Of a DNA stretch of 32,000 bases, positions 1 through 8,076 are shown piece by piece. Every line of letters begins with the position of its first letter. The stretch's first letter is position 1. The position numbers were made by a program, and so were the translations under genes. This DNA is from Phycisphaera mikurensis NBRC 102666 (GTDB lineage Bacteria > Planctomycetota > Phycisphaerae > Phycisphaerales > Phycisphaeraceae), in the NCBI RefSeq assembly GCF_000284115.1, contig NC_017080.1, forward strand, positions 90,001-122,000, written 5' to 3'. Under the pieces are notes generated by a model. The model saw only the letters and a list, made by a program, of their open reading frames with translations. It did no database searches and had not been told where the DNA came from.

Positions 1-217
1 AGCGGCTGCCGAGCACCTCGGCGCAGCCGCTGCCCGGCCCGCACCCCGGGGCGACGGCCCCGGCCTCGCCCGTGCCGGAGGTCAGCACGAGCGCGACCGC
101 CAGCGCCCCCGCCGAGCAGCCGATCACGGCGAAGGCGAGCCACCGGTCGCGGCCGGCGGCGGTGGAGTCGGCGTGATCCCGCCCGGCCTCGTCGGGGTCT
201 TGGCCGAGCAGCTCCAT
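1..217 (-). CDS. VKOR-like (vitamin K epoxide reductase family) membrane protein, N-terminal fragment; the gene runs off the left edge of the window
   Basis: Not in the ORF track because there is no in-window stop. My own minus-strand translation from ATG (CAT at 215-217) gives MELLGQDPDEAGRDHADSTAAGRDRWLAFAVIGCSAGALAVALVLTSGTGEAGAVAPGCGPGSGCAEVLGSR... This is a TM helix followed by a C-x6-C loop with CAEVLGS, as in VKOR/DsbB-type oxidoreductases. Codons are GC3-saturated. Confidence 0.4.
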   Translation of the reverse strand, partial: MELLGQDPDEAGRDHADSTAAGRDRWLAFAVIGCSAGALAVALVLTSGTGEAGAVAPGCGPGSGCAEVLGSR

Positions 218-554
218 GGCCGCAGAGCCTAGGGACGCCCCGCGGCGCGGGGAGGCTCCCGCGACGCTGCGCCCGGTCCTGCGGGATCAAGACGGCGCGA
301 TCGGGGCGCGCCCTGAACTCGTACACGCGCCCCGGCGCCGCGGACGGCGGCGGTTTCCGGGCCGCCGGCGTCGCGGTCCGCGGCGGCGGCGCAGCGGTCT
401 CGCGACCGGGAGCGGGCCGCTACATTCCGCCCGGCCGCCCCGGCGTCACGCCCGGGACGCGCGGCCCGCTCCGCCCGCCGTCCCCCACCCCGGCGGGCCC
501 CGTCGGGCGGAGAGCCCCGGGTTCACGCATCCTCACCCGCCGGAGGCGAAGGTT

Positions 555-1271
555 TTGGCCGGACACAGCAAATGGGCCAACATCAAGCACCGCAAGGCCC
601 GGCAGGACGCCAAGCGGAGCAAGATCTGGTCGAAGTGCTCCCGCGCGATCATCGTCGCCGCCAAGCACGGCGGCGGTGACCCCGACCAGAACCTCACCCT
701 CCGCTACGCGGTGGACGAGGCGAAGGCGGCGAACATGCCCAAGGACACGATCGCCAAGGCGATCGAGAAGGGCGCCGGCGGCAGCGACGGCGACGACTAC
801 GAGGAGGTCGTCTACGAGGGCTACGGCCCCGCGGGCGTGGCGGTGTACGTCGAGACGCTGACCGACAACCGAAACCGCACCGTGCCCGAGCTCCGCAAGA
901 TGTTCGAGAAGTGCGGCGGGAACCTCGCCAGCGCCGGCTCGGTGGCCTTCACCTTCGAGCGGAAGGGCGAGCTGTTCGTCGACGGGGCCAAAGCCGACGA
1001 GGAGAAGATCATGGACGTCGTGCTCGAGGCCGGGGCCGAGGACGTGGAGGACGCCGACGGCGCGTGGCGGATCACCACGGCCGTGGAGGACTTCCACAGG
1101 GTGCGGGCGGCCCTGGAGGCGGCGGGCCTGACGCCCGACCAGGCGGGGCTGCCCATGCTGCCGCTGAACGTCGTGGAGCTCGACGGGGAGCAGGCGGAGA
1201 AGACGGAACGCTTCCTCGACGAGCTCGACGACCACGACGACGTGCAGAAGGTGTACGCGAACAACGCTTAG
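555..1271 (+). CDS. yebC: YebC/PmpR family DNA-binding transcriptional regulator
   Basis: Track ORF 216..1271 trimmed to TTG at 555, giving the canonical N-terminus M-AGHSKWANIKHRKARQDAKR. GGAGG lies at 542-546, 8 nt upstream. The upstream 113 codons are Arg/Pro junk. TAG stop at 1269-1271. Confidence 0.9.
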   Translation: MAGHSKWANIKHRKARQDAKRSKIWSKCSRAIIVAAKHGGGDPDQNLTLRYAVDEAKAANMPKDTIAKAIEKGAGGSDGDDYEEVVYEGYGPAGVAVYVETLTDNRNRTVPELRKMFEKCGGNLASAGSVAFTFERKGELFVDGAKADEEKIMDVVLEAGAEDVEDADGAWRITTAVEDFHRVRAALEAAGLTPDQAGLPMLPLNVVELDGEQAEKTERFLDELDDHDDVQKVYANNA

Positions 1272-1323
1272 GGCACGGTGCCCTGCACCGCGGGCCGCGC
1301 CGCGATCGTGGGCGTGGCGGCCG

Positions 1324-4161
1324 CTAGCCCGGGAACACGACGTAGCCGGCCGGCGTCTTCCCGGTGGCGAGGTGGTAGGCCGCGCCGACGGCGATCCAGC
1401 CCAGCGCCATCAGCAGCTCGGCGGCGATGACGCCGACGAGCAGGGGCTGCATCGAGCGGGCGGCGCGGGTGCCGCCGAGGCGGACGACGCAGAGCTTGAC
1501 GAGCCAGCCGACGAGGAAGCTCCACGCGAAGCGGCTCATCGGGGTGGTGCCCCACACCAGGAAGATCACCGGGTGCAGCGGCCAGCCCGGGATGCGCAGA
1601 CGCAGCAACGCACAAATCGAGAGCGCGGCGAAGCCGCCGAGGAACCACGACCACGCGGCGGGCCGCGGGTCGAGCAGGCCCAGGCGGGCGAGGCCGTCGG
1701 TGAAGACGGCTTCGGTGAGGCGGCCCTCGGCGGAGAGCGACGAGAGCGAACGGGTGAGCTGATCCCAGGGCTGCACCGGCATCCACAGCCGCGCCCAGCG
1801 GTCGGCCGCGTCGATGCCGGCGTTGTACTGCCAGAGGAAGGTCACCACGAGCGCCAGGACGAAGGTGGACGCGACGCTGAGGGCGAGCCAGGCCGCCAGC
1901 TTGCCGACGCCGCGGGAGCCGGCCGCGTCGCCGACCGCGGGGGCCCCAACGCCGACCCGCCCGGGGGCCGGGTCGCCCAGCCGGAGGGCGTGCAGCAGGA
2001 AGGGCATGAGCGTCTCGCGCTGGTCGCCGATGACCAGCAGGCTGGCGAGGCCGACGAGCACGAGCCCCACCGGCCCGAGCGCGGCGTCGCCGAGCAGGCC
2101 GCTGGCGATGCCCACCGGCAGGAAGCCGGGCTGCAGGTAGAAGCAGCCGGTCTCGGCGACGACCCGCGACATCACCACCCACACCGCGGCGACCGCGACC
2201 ACGAAGCCCAGCGCCAGCGGGGCGGCGAGGCCCAGGTCGCGGAGCACCGCCGCGGCGGCGAGCCCGCCCAGCGCCGCAACCCGCGCGCCCCAGACGGCGG
2301 AAGCGGGCACGCCGGCCCCGCCGCCGGGCAGCAGGCCGCCGAGGCCGACGCCGCGCACGGCGGCGGCGGCGTAGAAGCGGCGGCCGGTGTAGAGCACGAC
2401 CATCGACATCGCGGCGTAGGCGCCCGCCCGCAGCAGGTTCCCGCTGCCGGGCCCGTAGAAGCCGTCGGTGAAGGCGGCGCCCGAGCCGAGGAAGGCGGCG
2501 CCCAGCGCGAGCCAGAGCAGCATCGACACGCCCAGCGAGAAGCCCACCGGCAGCGTGAGGAAGCAGGCGAAGGCGGCGACCGCGGGGTACAGCCGGGCGT
2601 TGAAGACGCCGTCGGCGCCCGGCACGGCCGAGGCGACGGGGAAGAGCGACCGCAGCGGGTTCAAGTCGAAGCCCAGCGGGACGGCCGGCACCGCGGGGAA
2701 CCAGGCGTGCAGACCCCCGAGCAGGTGGACGCCGGCGACGAGGGCGAAGCCGGCCCAGAACACCCCGCGCCGGAGCACCGCGGGGGCGCCGGCCCCCCCG
2801 CGCAGCGGGTCGGGCGCGGCGGCCTCCTCGAGCAGCCGGGCGATCGGGTAGGGCAGCAGCTCCCGCCGCGTCCACTGCGGGTGCACGACCAGCGCCAGGC
2901 CCAGGCCCATCGCCGCGAGCAGCAGCGTCGCCCCGCCCCAGCGGAGCAGCACCGGCACCCAGAGCGGCCAGGGCAGCTCGCCGAGCCCCCAGCCGGCGCC
3001 CGGCGCGGCGGGCCGGCCCGCGAGCGCCGCGTCGGTGATCCAGGGGTCGGGCCGGCCGCCGGCGGGCAGCACGGCGCCGCCGCGCGGCGGCGGGGCGACG
3101 TGGGCGGGCAGCGCGGCGGCGAGCAGCTCGCGGGCGGCGAGCTCGCGGGCGGCCCGCAGGCTGCCGCCGCGGCCGCCGGGCTCTTCGATGGAGCGGCCGG
3201 CGGCGCGGAGCGACTCCAGCCGGGCCTGCAGACCCGCCGCGGCACGCGCGGCGTCGGGATCCTCCGCCGGGGCCGGCGCGACGCGGGCCCGCCGCGCGAG
3301 CAGCTCCGCCTGCGCCCCGAGCAGGCGGGACCGCTCCGCCTCCAACGCCCCGGCCGCCGAGAGCGCCGCGTGCGTTCCCGCGGGGCGGAGCGGCGGCGGG
3401 ACCGACTCCACCCAGCCGGGGTTCTCGATCAGGCGGTTGAGCGCCCGCAGCGCCTCGGCCGTGTCGGTGCCCGACGCGGATGCTTGGCCGGCGAGCGAGG
3501 CCAGGAACGCGGCCTCCTCGGCGGTGAGCTGCGCGGCCACGGCCGCGGCCGCCGGGCCCGCGGCGGGGAGGTCCGGCAGCAGCCCCAGCGCCGCGGCGAG
3601 CGACGACGCCGGGTCGACGCCGGCTCCGGCGGCGGGGTCGGCGCTGCGTGCCGCGGCCACGCCCCCCGCCGCGGCCACGCCCGCCAGCCCCCGGACCTGC
3701 CCGGGGGCGAGCGCAGCGTCGCCGCCGGGCACGTACGACATCACGCCCGCGGCGCTCCAGCCCGGGTTCGCCCGCACCTGGTCCCCGGGCACGACCAGCA
3801 CCGTGAGGAAGGTGCGGAAGTAGCCCGACCCCGCCCAGCCGCAGGCTCCCAGCGCGAGCGCCGCGACGACGCCCAGCTCCACCGGTTTGAGCGGGCGGAG
3901 CGCCCGCGGCCAGGCCCGGCCGCGGCCCAGCCACGACAGCAGCGGGTTCAGGCCCAACGCCGCCGCGAGCGTGACGCCGAAGACCGAAACCGGCAGGAAG
4001 TTGCCGATGAAGGGCGTCTGCCGGACGACCGCGTCGTTGAAGTACGTGAAGCCCGCGACGAAGAGGGCGAGGCCCAGGCCGAGCACGACGGCGCGCAGCG
4101 ACCGCCGGCGCGGGCGCCGTGGCGCCGTCTCGGGGTCGGGGTCCGGCGGCGGGTGCGGCAC
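1324..4161 (-). CDS. Large polytopic membrane protein of unknown function (945 aa, at least 12 predicted TM helices, with a ~270-aa Ala-rich helical insert after the first TM pair)
   Basis: Track ORF 1324..4161. There are many long hydrophobic segments (e.g. AVVLGLGLALFVAGFTY, LLLAAMGLGLALVV, WSWFLGGFAALSICALL) and a positive-inside N-terminus (RRPRRRSLR). The start is GTG (CAC at 4159-4161). I recognise no catalytic motif. It may belong to the DUF6785/DUF6784 type of membrane proteins, but I cannot verify that. Confidence 0.7.
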   Translation of the reverse strand: MPHPPPDPDPETAPRRPRRRSLRAVVLGLGLALFVAGFTYFNDAVVRQTPFIGNFLPVSVFGVTLAAALGLNPLLSWLGRGRAWPRALRPLKPVELGVVAALALGACGWAGSGYFRTFLTVLVVPGDQVRANPGWSAAGVMSYVPGGDAALAPGQVRGLAGVAAAGGVAAARSADPAAGAGVDPASSLAAALGLLPDLPAAGPAAAAVAAQLTAEEAAFLASLAGQASASGTDTAEALRALNRLIENPGWVESVPPPLRPAGTHAALSAAGALEAERSRLLGAQAELLARRARVAPAPAEDPDAARAAAGLQARLESLRAAGRSIEEPGGRGGSLRAARELAARELLAAALPAHVAPPPRGGAVLPAGGRPDPWITDAALAGRPAAPGAGWGLGELPWPLWVPVLLRWGGATLLLAAMGLGLALVVHPQWTRRELLPYPIARLLEEAAAPDPLRGGAGAPAVLRRGVFWAGFALVAGVHLLGGLHAWFPAVPAVPLGFDLNPLRSLFPVASAVPGADGVFNARLYPAVAAFACFLTLPVGFSLGVSMLLWLALGAAFLGSGAAFTDGFYGPGSGNLLRAGAYAAMSMVVLYTGRRFYAAAAVRGVGLGGLLPGGGAGVPASAVWGARVAALGGLAAAAVLRDLGLAAPLALGFVVAVAAVWVVMSRVVAETGCFYLQPGFLPVGIASGLLGDAALGPVGLVLVGLASLLVIGDQRETLMPFLLHALRLGDPAPGRVGVGAPAVGDAAGSRGVGKLAAWLALSVASTFVLALVVTFLWQYNAGIDAADRWARLWMPVQPWDQLTRSLSSLSAEGRLTEAVFTDGLARLGLLDPRPAAWSWFLGGFAALSICALLRLRIPGWPLHPVIFLVWGTTPMSRFAWSFLVGWLVKLCVVRLGGTRAARSMQPLLVGVIAAELLMALGWIAVGAAYHLATGKTPAGYVVFPG

Positions 4162-4244
4162 CGGCGAAGCGTACGGGTGGGGGTGGGTTGCCCGAACGCG
4201 TGCGCGGCCCGCCGGGGCGGGGCCCGATCCTCAGCGGATCCGGG

Positions 4245-6215
4245 TCAGAAGGGCGCCGGCGGAGCCCCCGCCCCGCCGCCGCGCGGCTGCTCCGGGGCCG
4301 CCGCCGGCGCCATGCGCTGCCACGTGTCGCGGACGAACTCGAGCATCTCCACCGGCACGTTGAGCCGGATGCCGAGGTCCTGGCCGCCGGCCGCTTCGCC
4401 GGCCGCGGGCTCCATGCCGATGCCCATCGCCACCGGCGGCAGCGCGGCGGGCACGTCCAGCGGCTCGGCCTCGGCCATGAACATCATCATGAACGGGTTC
4501 GCCATCTCGGCGAGGCCCTGCAGCGAGAGGTAGCCGGCGGAAACCAGGCCGTCGGGCAAGGCAGCGGGCGCTCCGGCCAGGGAGGGGTTGCCGCCGAGCG
4601 TCGCCGCGTCGCCGCCCCGGCGGGCGAGCAGGGCCTTCTCCATGAAGGCGGGCTCGGCGGAAGCGGTCTGCAGGAAGACGCCGTCGGCGGCGGCCGCGAA
4701 GCCGCTCATCCCGGCGTTGCCCATGAGGAAGCCGGCCTGGCCCATCCCCTCCAGGGCCTCGGGCGGGAGCGCGACGCTCACCTGGTACTGGTCGACCGGG
4801 GTGCCGGCGAGCGTGAGCGCGTCGGCGTTGAAGCTGCTGGTGATCGCCACCTCCGCCGGGGGGTCCTCCGCGTCGCCCGCGGCCTGCAGAGCGGTCATCA
4901 GCTCCGCGAGGGCCGGGGCGAGGTCCTCCTCCATCGAGGCGATCTGCCGCGGGAAGGCGGCCCGCAACGCGGCGGGGTCGGGGGCCGCGGTGGCGGTGAG
5001 CGTCTGGAAGATGCCGCCGGTCATCATCGCCTGCGGGTCGCTGGCGTAGTTGACCTGGGCGTAGGCCGTGGCGTCGGCGGCGGGCATCACCATCGCCAGG
5101 TAGGTGTCGACCGCGGCCGCGATGGCGCCGGCCACGGCCTCGTCGCCGCCGTTGGCCCCCACCGCGGCCGCGGCCTCCCGCACCGAGCCGGCCACCGCTT
5201 CGAGGAGGGCCGGCAGGTCGATGGCGGAGAGGTCGCTCACCTGGGCGGTGAGGAAGGGCTCGTCGGGGAGGGAGGCCAGCAGGGCCAGGGGGTCGCTGCG
5301 GCCGTCGGTGAGGTAGGCGGCGGCCGGGGAGCCGGCCTTCACGGCCATGGCCGCGTCGAGCGAGACGCGGTCGGGCGTCATCTCGGCGGTGACGAGCAGG
5401 CCGTCGACGCTGGCCACCAGGGCGTCCACGCCGCGGGCGTAGAGCGGGGCGAAGGCGGCGCCGAGCTGGGCGGCGGGGTCGGACTGCATCGGCCCGGCGT
5501 CGGCGGCTTCGGCCACCATCGCCTCGGTCACCGCGTGGAAGCCCTCCCGCAGCGCGGCGACGTTCACGTAGACCGCCGCGTCCGGCTCGCCCTCGCCCGG
5601 GGCGTACCCGCCGACGGTCTCCAGCGCCGCCGCGGCGGCTCCGGCCGCCTCGTAGGCGGCGACGTCCTCCGCCCGCTCGGAGAGCACGGCGTGGCCGCCG
5701 ACCTTCCGGACCGCCGAGGGGCTCCCATCGAGCATCACCGCGGTGACGCCCTCGGGCATCGCCGCGGCTCCCGCCGCGTCGCCCTCGCCGGGCTTCTCCA
5801 GCCCGCCGACGAAGGCCTCGTAGTCGGTGACGGGGACGACCAGCCACGCCACCGGATCGGGCGCCTCGCCGTCGTCGTCGTCGCCGCCGCCGGCCATGCG
5901 GGCGGCCTCGGCGGTCATCCCCTCATTAAGGCCGCGGAGCACGAGCAGCCCGGCCCCGGCGTCGTCGACGCCGGCGGTCATCCCGAACTCGCGCTTGAAG
6001 CCGCCGAGCAGGTCGTCGGTGCCCTCGTCGTCGAGGCCGGTGGCCTCGGCCAGGCGCGCGACCATCGAGCTGAAGCCCTGCATCGACGGGAAGGCGACGA
6101 CGACCTCGGCGTCGGCGGGCGCGGCGTCCATCGCGTCGGCGAGGGAGCCGGCGGCGGCGGGCAGCGTGAACGAAGCAGCGGCCGCGAGGGCGACGGAGGT
6201 GCGGAGGGCGGACAT
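4245..6215 (-). CDS. Exported Ala-rich protein of unknown function (656 aa, N-terminal signal peptide)
   Basis: Track ORF 4245..6410 trimmed to the ATG (CAT 6213-6215) that begins MSALRTSVALAAAASFTLPAAAGS, a signal-peptide-like sequence. AAGGA lies a few nt upstream on the minus strand. It is 83 nt upstream of, and co-oriented with, the 945-aa membrane protein. Confidence 0.7.
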   Translation of the reverse strand: MSALRTSVALAAAASFTLPAAAGSLADAMDAAPADAEVVVAFPSMQGFSSMVARLAEATGLDDEGTDDLLGGFKREFGMTAGVDDAGAGLLVLRGLNEGMTAEAARMAGGGDDDDGEAPDPVAWLVVPVTDYEAFVGGLEKPGEGDAAGAAAMPEGVTAVMLDGSPSAVRKVGGHAVLSERAEDVAAYEAAGAAAAALETVGGYAPGEGEPDAAVYVNVAALREGFHAVTEAMVAEAADAGPMQSDPAAQLGAAFAPLYARGVDALVASVDGLLVTAEMTPDRVSLDAAMAVKAGSPAAAYLTDGRSDPLALLASLPDEPFLTAQVSDLSAIDLPALLEAVAGSVREAAAAVGANGGDEAVAGAIAAAVDTYLAMVMPAADATAYAQVNYASDPQAMMTGGIFQTLTATAAPDPAALRAAFPRQIASMEEDLAPALAELMTALQAAGDAEDPPAEVAITSSFNADALTLAGTPVDQYQVSVALPPEALEGMGQAGFLMGNAGMSGFAAAADGVFLQTASAEPAFMEKALLARRGGDAATLGGNPSLAGAPAALPDGLVSAGYLSLQGLAEMANPFMMMFMAEAEPLDVPAALPPVAMGIGMEPAAGEAAGGQDLGIRLNVPVEMLEFVRDTWQRMAPAAAPEQPRGGGAGAPPAPF

Positions 6216-6430
6216 GGGGTTCCTTGGGGAGGCGGGACGGGCACGCGGCGGCGGCCTGTGGACGAGGGTAGGGGGATCGGGGCTCCCCCTCCTCCTTGCA
6301 CCCGGGAGCACGCGAAGCGGGCGCGGGGCCCGCGCCTCTCGGGCTGGACCACGGGCCGGAGGCCGCGTCGCCCCAGGGCGTTGACCGGCGCCGACGCCGG
6401 CCCGGAGCACCCGGGCCGTACCCTCCGCCC

Positions 6431-7588
6431 ATGCCCGAAAAGGTGCTCGTCGCCATGTCCGGCGGCGTCGACTCCTCGGTCGCCGCCGCGCTGCTCCACG
6501 GGCAGGGCCACGAGGTGGTGGGCTGCTTCATGCGCCTGGGCAGCGTGGACGAACCCGAGGGGCTCCTCGCCGGGGACGCGGCGCGGGCGGTGTGCGACAA
6601 CCGGCCGGAGCGGAAGCGTGGCTGCTGCAGCGTGAACGACGCGGCCGACGCGGCCCACGTCGCGGCGGTGCTGGGCGTCCCCTTCTACGTGCTGAACTTC
6701 CGCCGCGACTTCCAGCGGGTGATCGACGACTTCGTCGACGGCTACAACGCCGGCCGCACGCCCAACCCGTGCATCCGCTGCAACGACTGGCTCAAGTTCG
6801 GCCGGCTGCACGCCCACGCCGCCGCGATCGGCTGCGACGCGGTCGCGAGCGGCCATTACGCCCGCGTGCTCCCCGGGCCCGGCGGCGCGGAGCTGCACCG
6901 CGGGCTCGACCCGGGGAAGGACCAGTCGTACGTGCTCTTCGGCAGCCCGGCCGCGCGGCTCGCGGAGATGCGGCTGCCGGTCGGCGGCTTCCCCAAGGCG
7001 GAGGTCCGCGCGATGGCGGAGCGCTTCGGCCTGCCCGTCTTCGACAAGCCCGACAGCCAGGAGATCTGCTTCGTGCCCGACAACGACCACGCCGCCTTCG
7101 TCGAGGCGCGGACGCCCGGCGGCTTCGCCGAGGGCGACCTGATCGGGCCCGACGGCGGCGTCGTGGGCCGGCACGGGGGCCACCAGCGCTTCACGCCGGG
7201 GCAGCGTCGCGGCGTGGGCGTGGCCTTCGGGATGCCGATCTACGTGACGGCGAAGGACCCCGCCACCAACGCCGTGACGCTTGGCCCCCGCGAGCGCTTG
7301 CGGACCGCCGGCTGCACCGCCGCGGAGGCGAATTGGCTGGTCCCGCCGCCGCCGGAGGGACGCTGGGCCCGGGGCGAGGCGCAGGTCCGGGCCCACGGCG
7401 AGCCCATCCCCTGCCGCTACCGCGGCGGCGGCGACCGGCTGGAGGTACGCTTCGATGGCGAGGCCGAGGCGGTGGCGGCTGGCCAGGCGGTCGTCGTCTA
7501 CGCCGGAACCCGTGTGCAGGCCGGCGGTTGGGTCACCGCGGCGGATGGCTCCGGTGAGGAGCGGCACCCGGTACGCAAGATTCCTTAA
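6431..7588 (+). CDS. mnmA: tRNA 2-thiouridine(34) synthase MnmA
   Basis: Track ORF 6296..7588 trimmed to ATG 6431. N-terminus MPEKVLVAMSGGVDSSVAAALL is the PP-loop SGGxDS motif. Also carries CCSVNDAADA, NPCIRCN and DQSYVLF motifs typical of MnmA. Confidence 0.92.
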   Translation: MPEKVLVAMSGGVDSSVAAALLHGQGHEVVGCFMRLGSVDEPEGLLAGDAARAVCDNRPERKRGCCSVNDAADAAHVAAVLGVPFYVLNFRRDFQRVIDDFVDGYNAGRTPNPCIRCNDWLKFGRLHAHAAAIGCDAVASGHYARVLPGPGGAELHRGLDPGKDQSYVLFGSPAARLAEMRLPVGGFPKAEVRAMAERFGLPVFDKPDSQEICFVPDNDHAAFVEARTPGGFAEGDLIGPDGGVVGRHGGHQRFTPGQRRGVGVAFGMPIYVTAKDPATNAVTLGPRERLRTAGCTAAEANWLVPPPPEGRWARGEAQVRAHGEPIPCRYRGGGDRLEVRFDGEAEAVAAGQAVVVYAGTRVQAGGWVTAADGSGEERHPVRKIP

Positions 7589-7603
7589 TCTACTACAGAT
7601 ATT

Positions 7604-7621
7604 GGAGGCCGCTGCGCCTCC
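7604..7621 (+). terminator. Short GC hairpin 16 nt after the mnmA stop (GGAGGC-cgctgc-GCCTCC); possible weak terminator, no U-tract
   Basis: 6-bp perfect stem with a 6-nt loop, read directly. It follows the only AT-rich patch of the region (taatctactacagatatt, 7586-7603). Confidence 0.25.
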
Positions 7622-7622
7622 C

Positions 7623-7661
7623 GAGCGACCGAGCAGGTCGGAGCGGAACCGGAGCGGAACC
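7623..7661 (+). repeat. Decaying tandem direct repeat in the kaiB leader: two perfect 11-bp units GGAGCGGAACC (7640-7650, 7651-7661) preceded by two degenerate units (GAGCGACC, GAGCAGGTC); candidate regulator-binding site
   Basis: Read directly from the sequence. It ends 22 nt before the kaiB ATG. The 11-bp period is about one helical turn. Confidence 0.6.
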
Positions 7662-7683
7662 GATCCGCGGCAGAGGTGTCTCC

Positions 7684-8076
7684 ATGAAAACCAGCCCCAG
7701 CCCCGCCGGCCAGCCGGCGCCTCCTCCCGCTCCGGGCGCTGGCCCTGCGCGGGTGCGGCTGACGCTCTTCGTCGGCGAAGCCTCGGCCGCCACCGACGCG
7801 GCGGTCGCCACGCTCCGCAGGCTCGTGGAGGACCAACCCGACGCCTTCGAGCTGCGGATCATCGACGTGCACCGCCAGCCCGAGGCGGCCGAGCGGCACC
7901 GCGTGATCGCCACGCCGACGCTGATCCGCGAGCTCCCGCCGCCGGTGCGTCGGATCATCGGCGACCTCTCCCGGCACGAGCGCGTGCGGGTCGCCCTAGA
8001 CCTCACCGCCGATCTGGCGGAGAACCTGACCCGCGGCACCCAAGATCCCTCTCCCGATCCCGACCCCGAAGCATGA
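7684..8076 (+). CDS. kaiB: Circadian clock protein KaiB homologue
   Basis: [34 protein letters not shown] matches the KaiB signature I recall from Synechococcus ([34 protein letters not shown]). AGAGG lies 7 nt upstream of the ATG, and the stop overlaps the kaiC start (ATGA, 8073-8076). An alternative in-frame GTG at 7753 would remove the Pro-rich first 23 aa. Confidence 0.92.
   Translation: [130 protein letters not shown]

Noticed and set aside
216-554. N-terminal 113 codons of track ORF 216..1271
   Set aside because: This part is Arg/Pro-rich junk. The YebC family N-terminus MAGHSKWANIKH starts at TTG 555, which has a GGAGG Shine-Dalgarno sequence.
1271-1323. Possible fourth, decayed copy of the palindromic element in the yebC/membrane-protein convergent junction (GGGCACgGTGCCC palindrome and GGGCGTGGC 9-mer)
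   Set aside because: Only short matches (9 nt or less) to the arm sequence, which could be chance in GC-rich DNA. This is not enough to call.
1268-4533. Very long ORFs 1268..3934(-) of 888 aa and 1372..4533(+) of 1053 aa overlapping the 945-aa membrane protein gene
   Set aside because: Their composition is dominated by Arg/Gly/Pro/Ala runs with no hydrophobic core or motifs. They are typical shadow ORFs of a >70% GC gene in other frames or on the antisense strand. The 1324..4161(-) frame gives a coherent TM protein.
7281-8072. Upstream 264 codons of track ORF 7281..9617 (would give a 778-aa KaiC)
   Set aside because: It overlaps the 3' end of mnmA and all of kaiB in another frame, and it is low-complexity. 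KaiC homology begins right after ATG 8073, which overlaps the kaiB stop.
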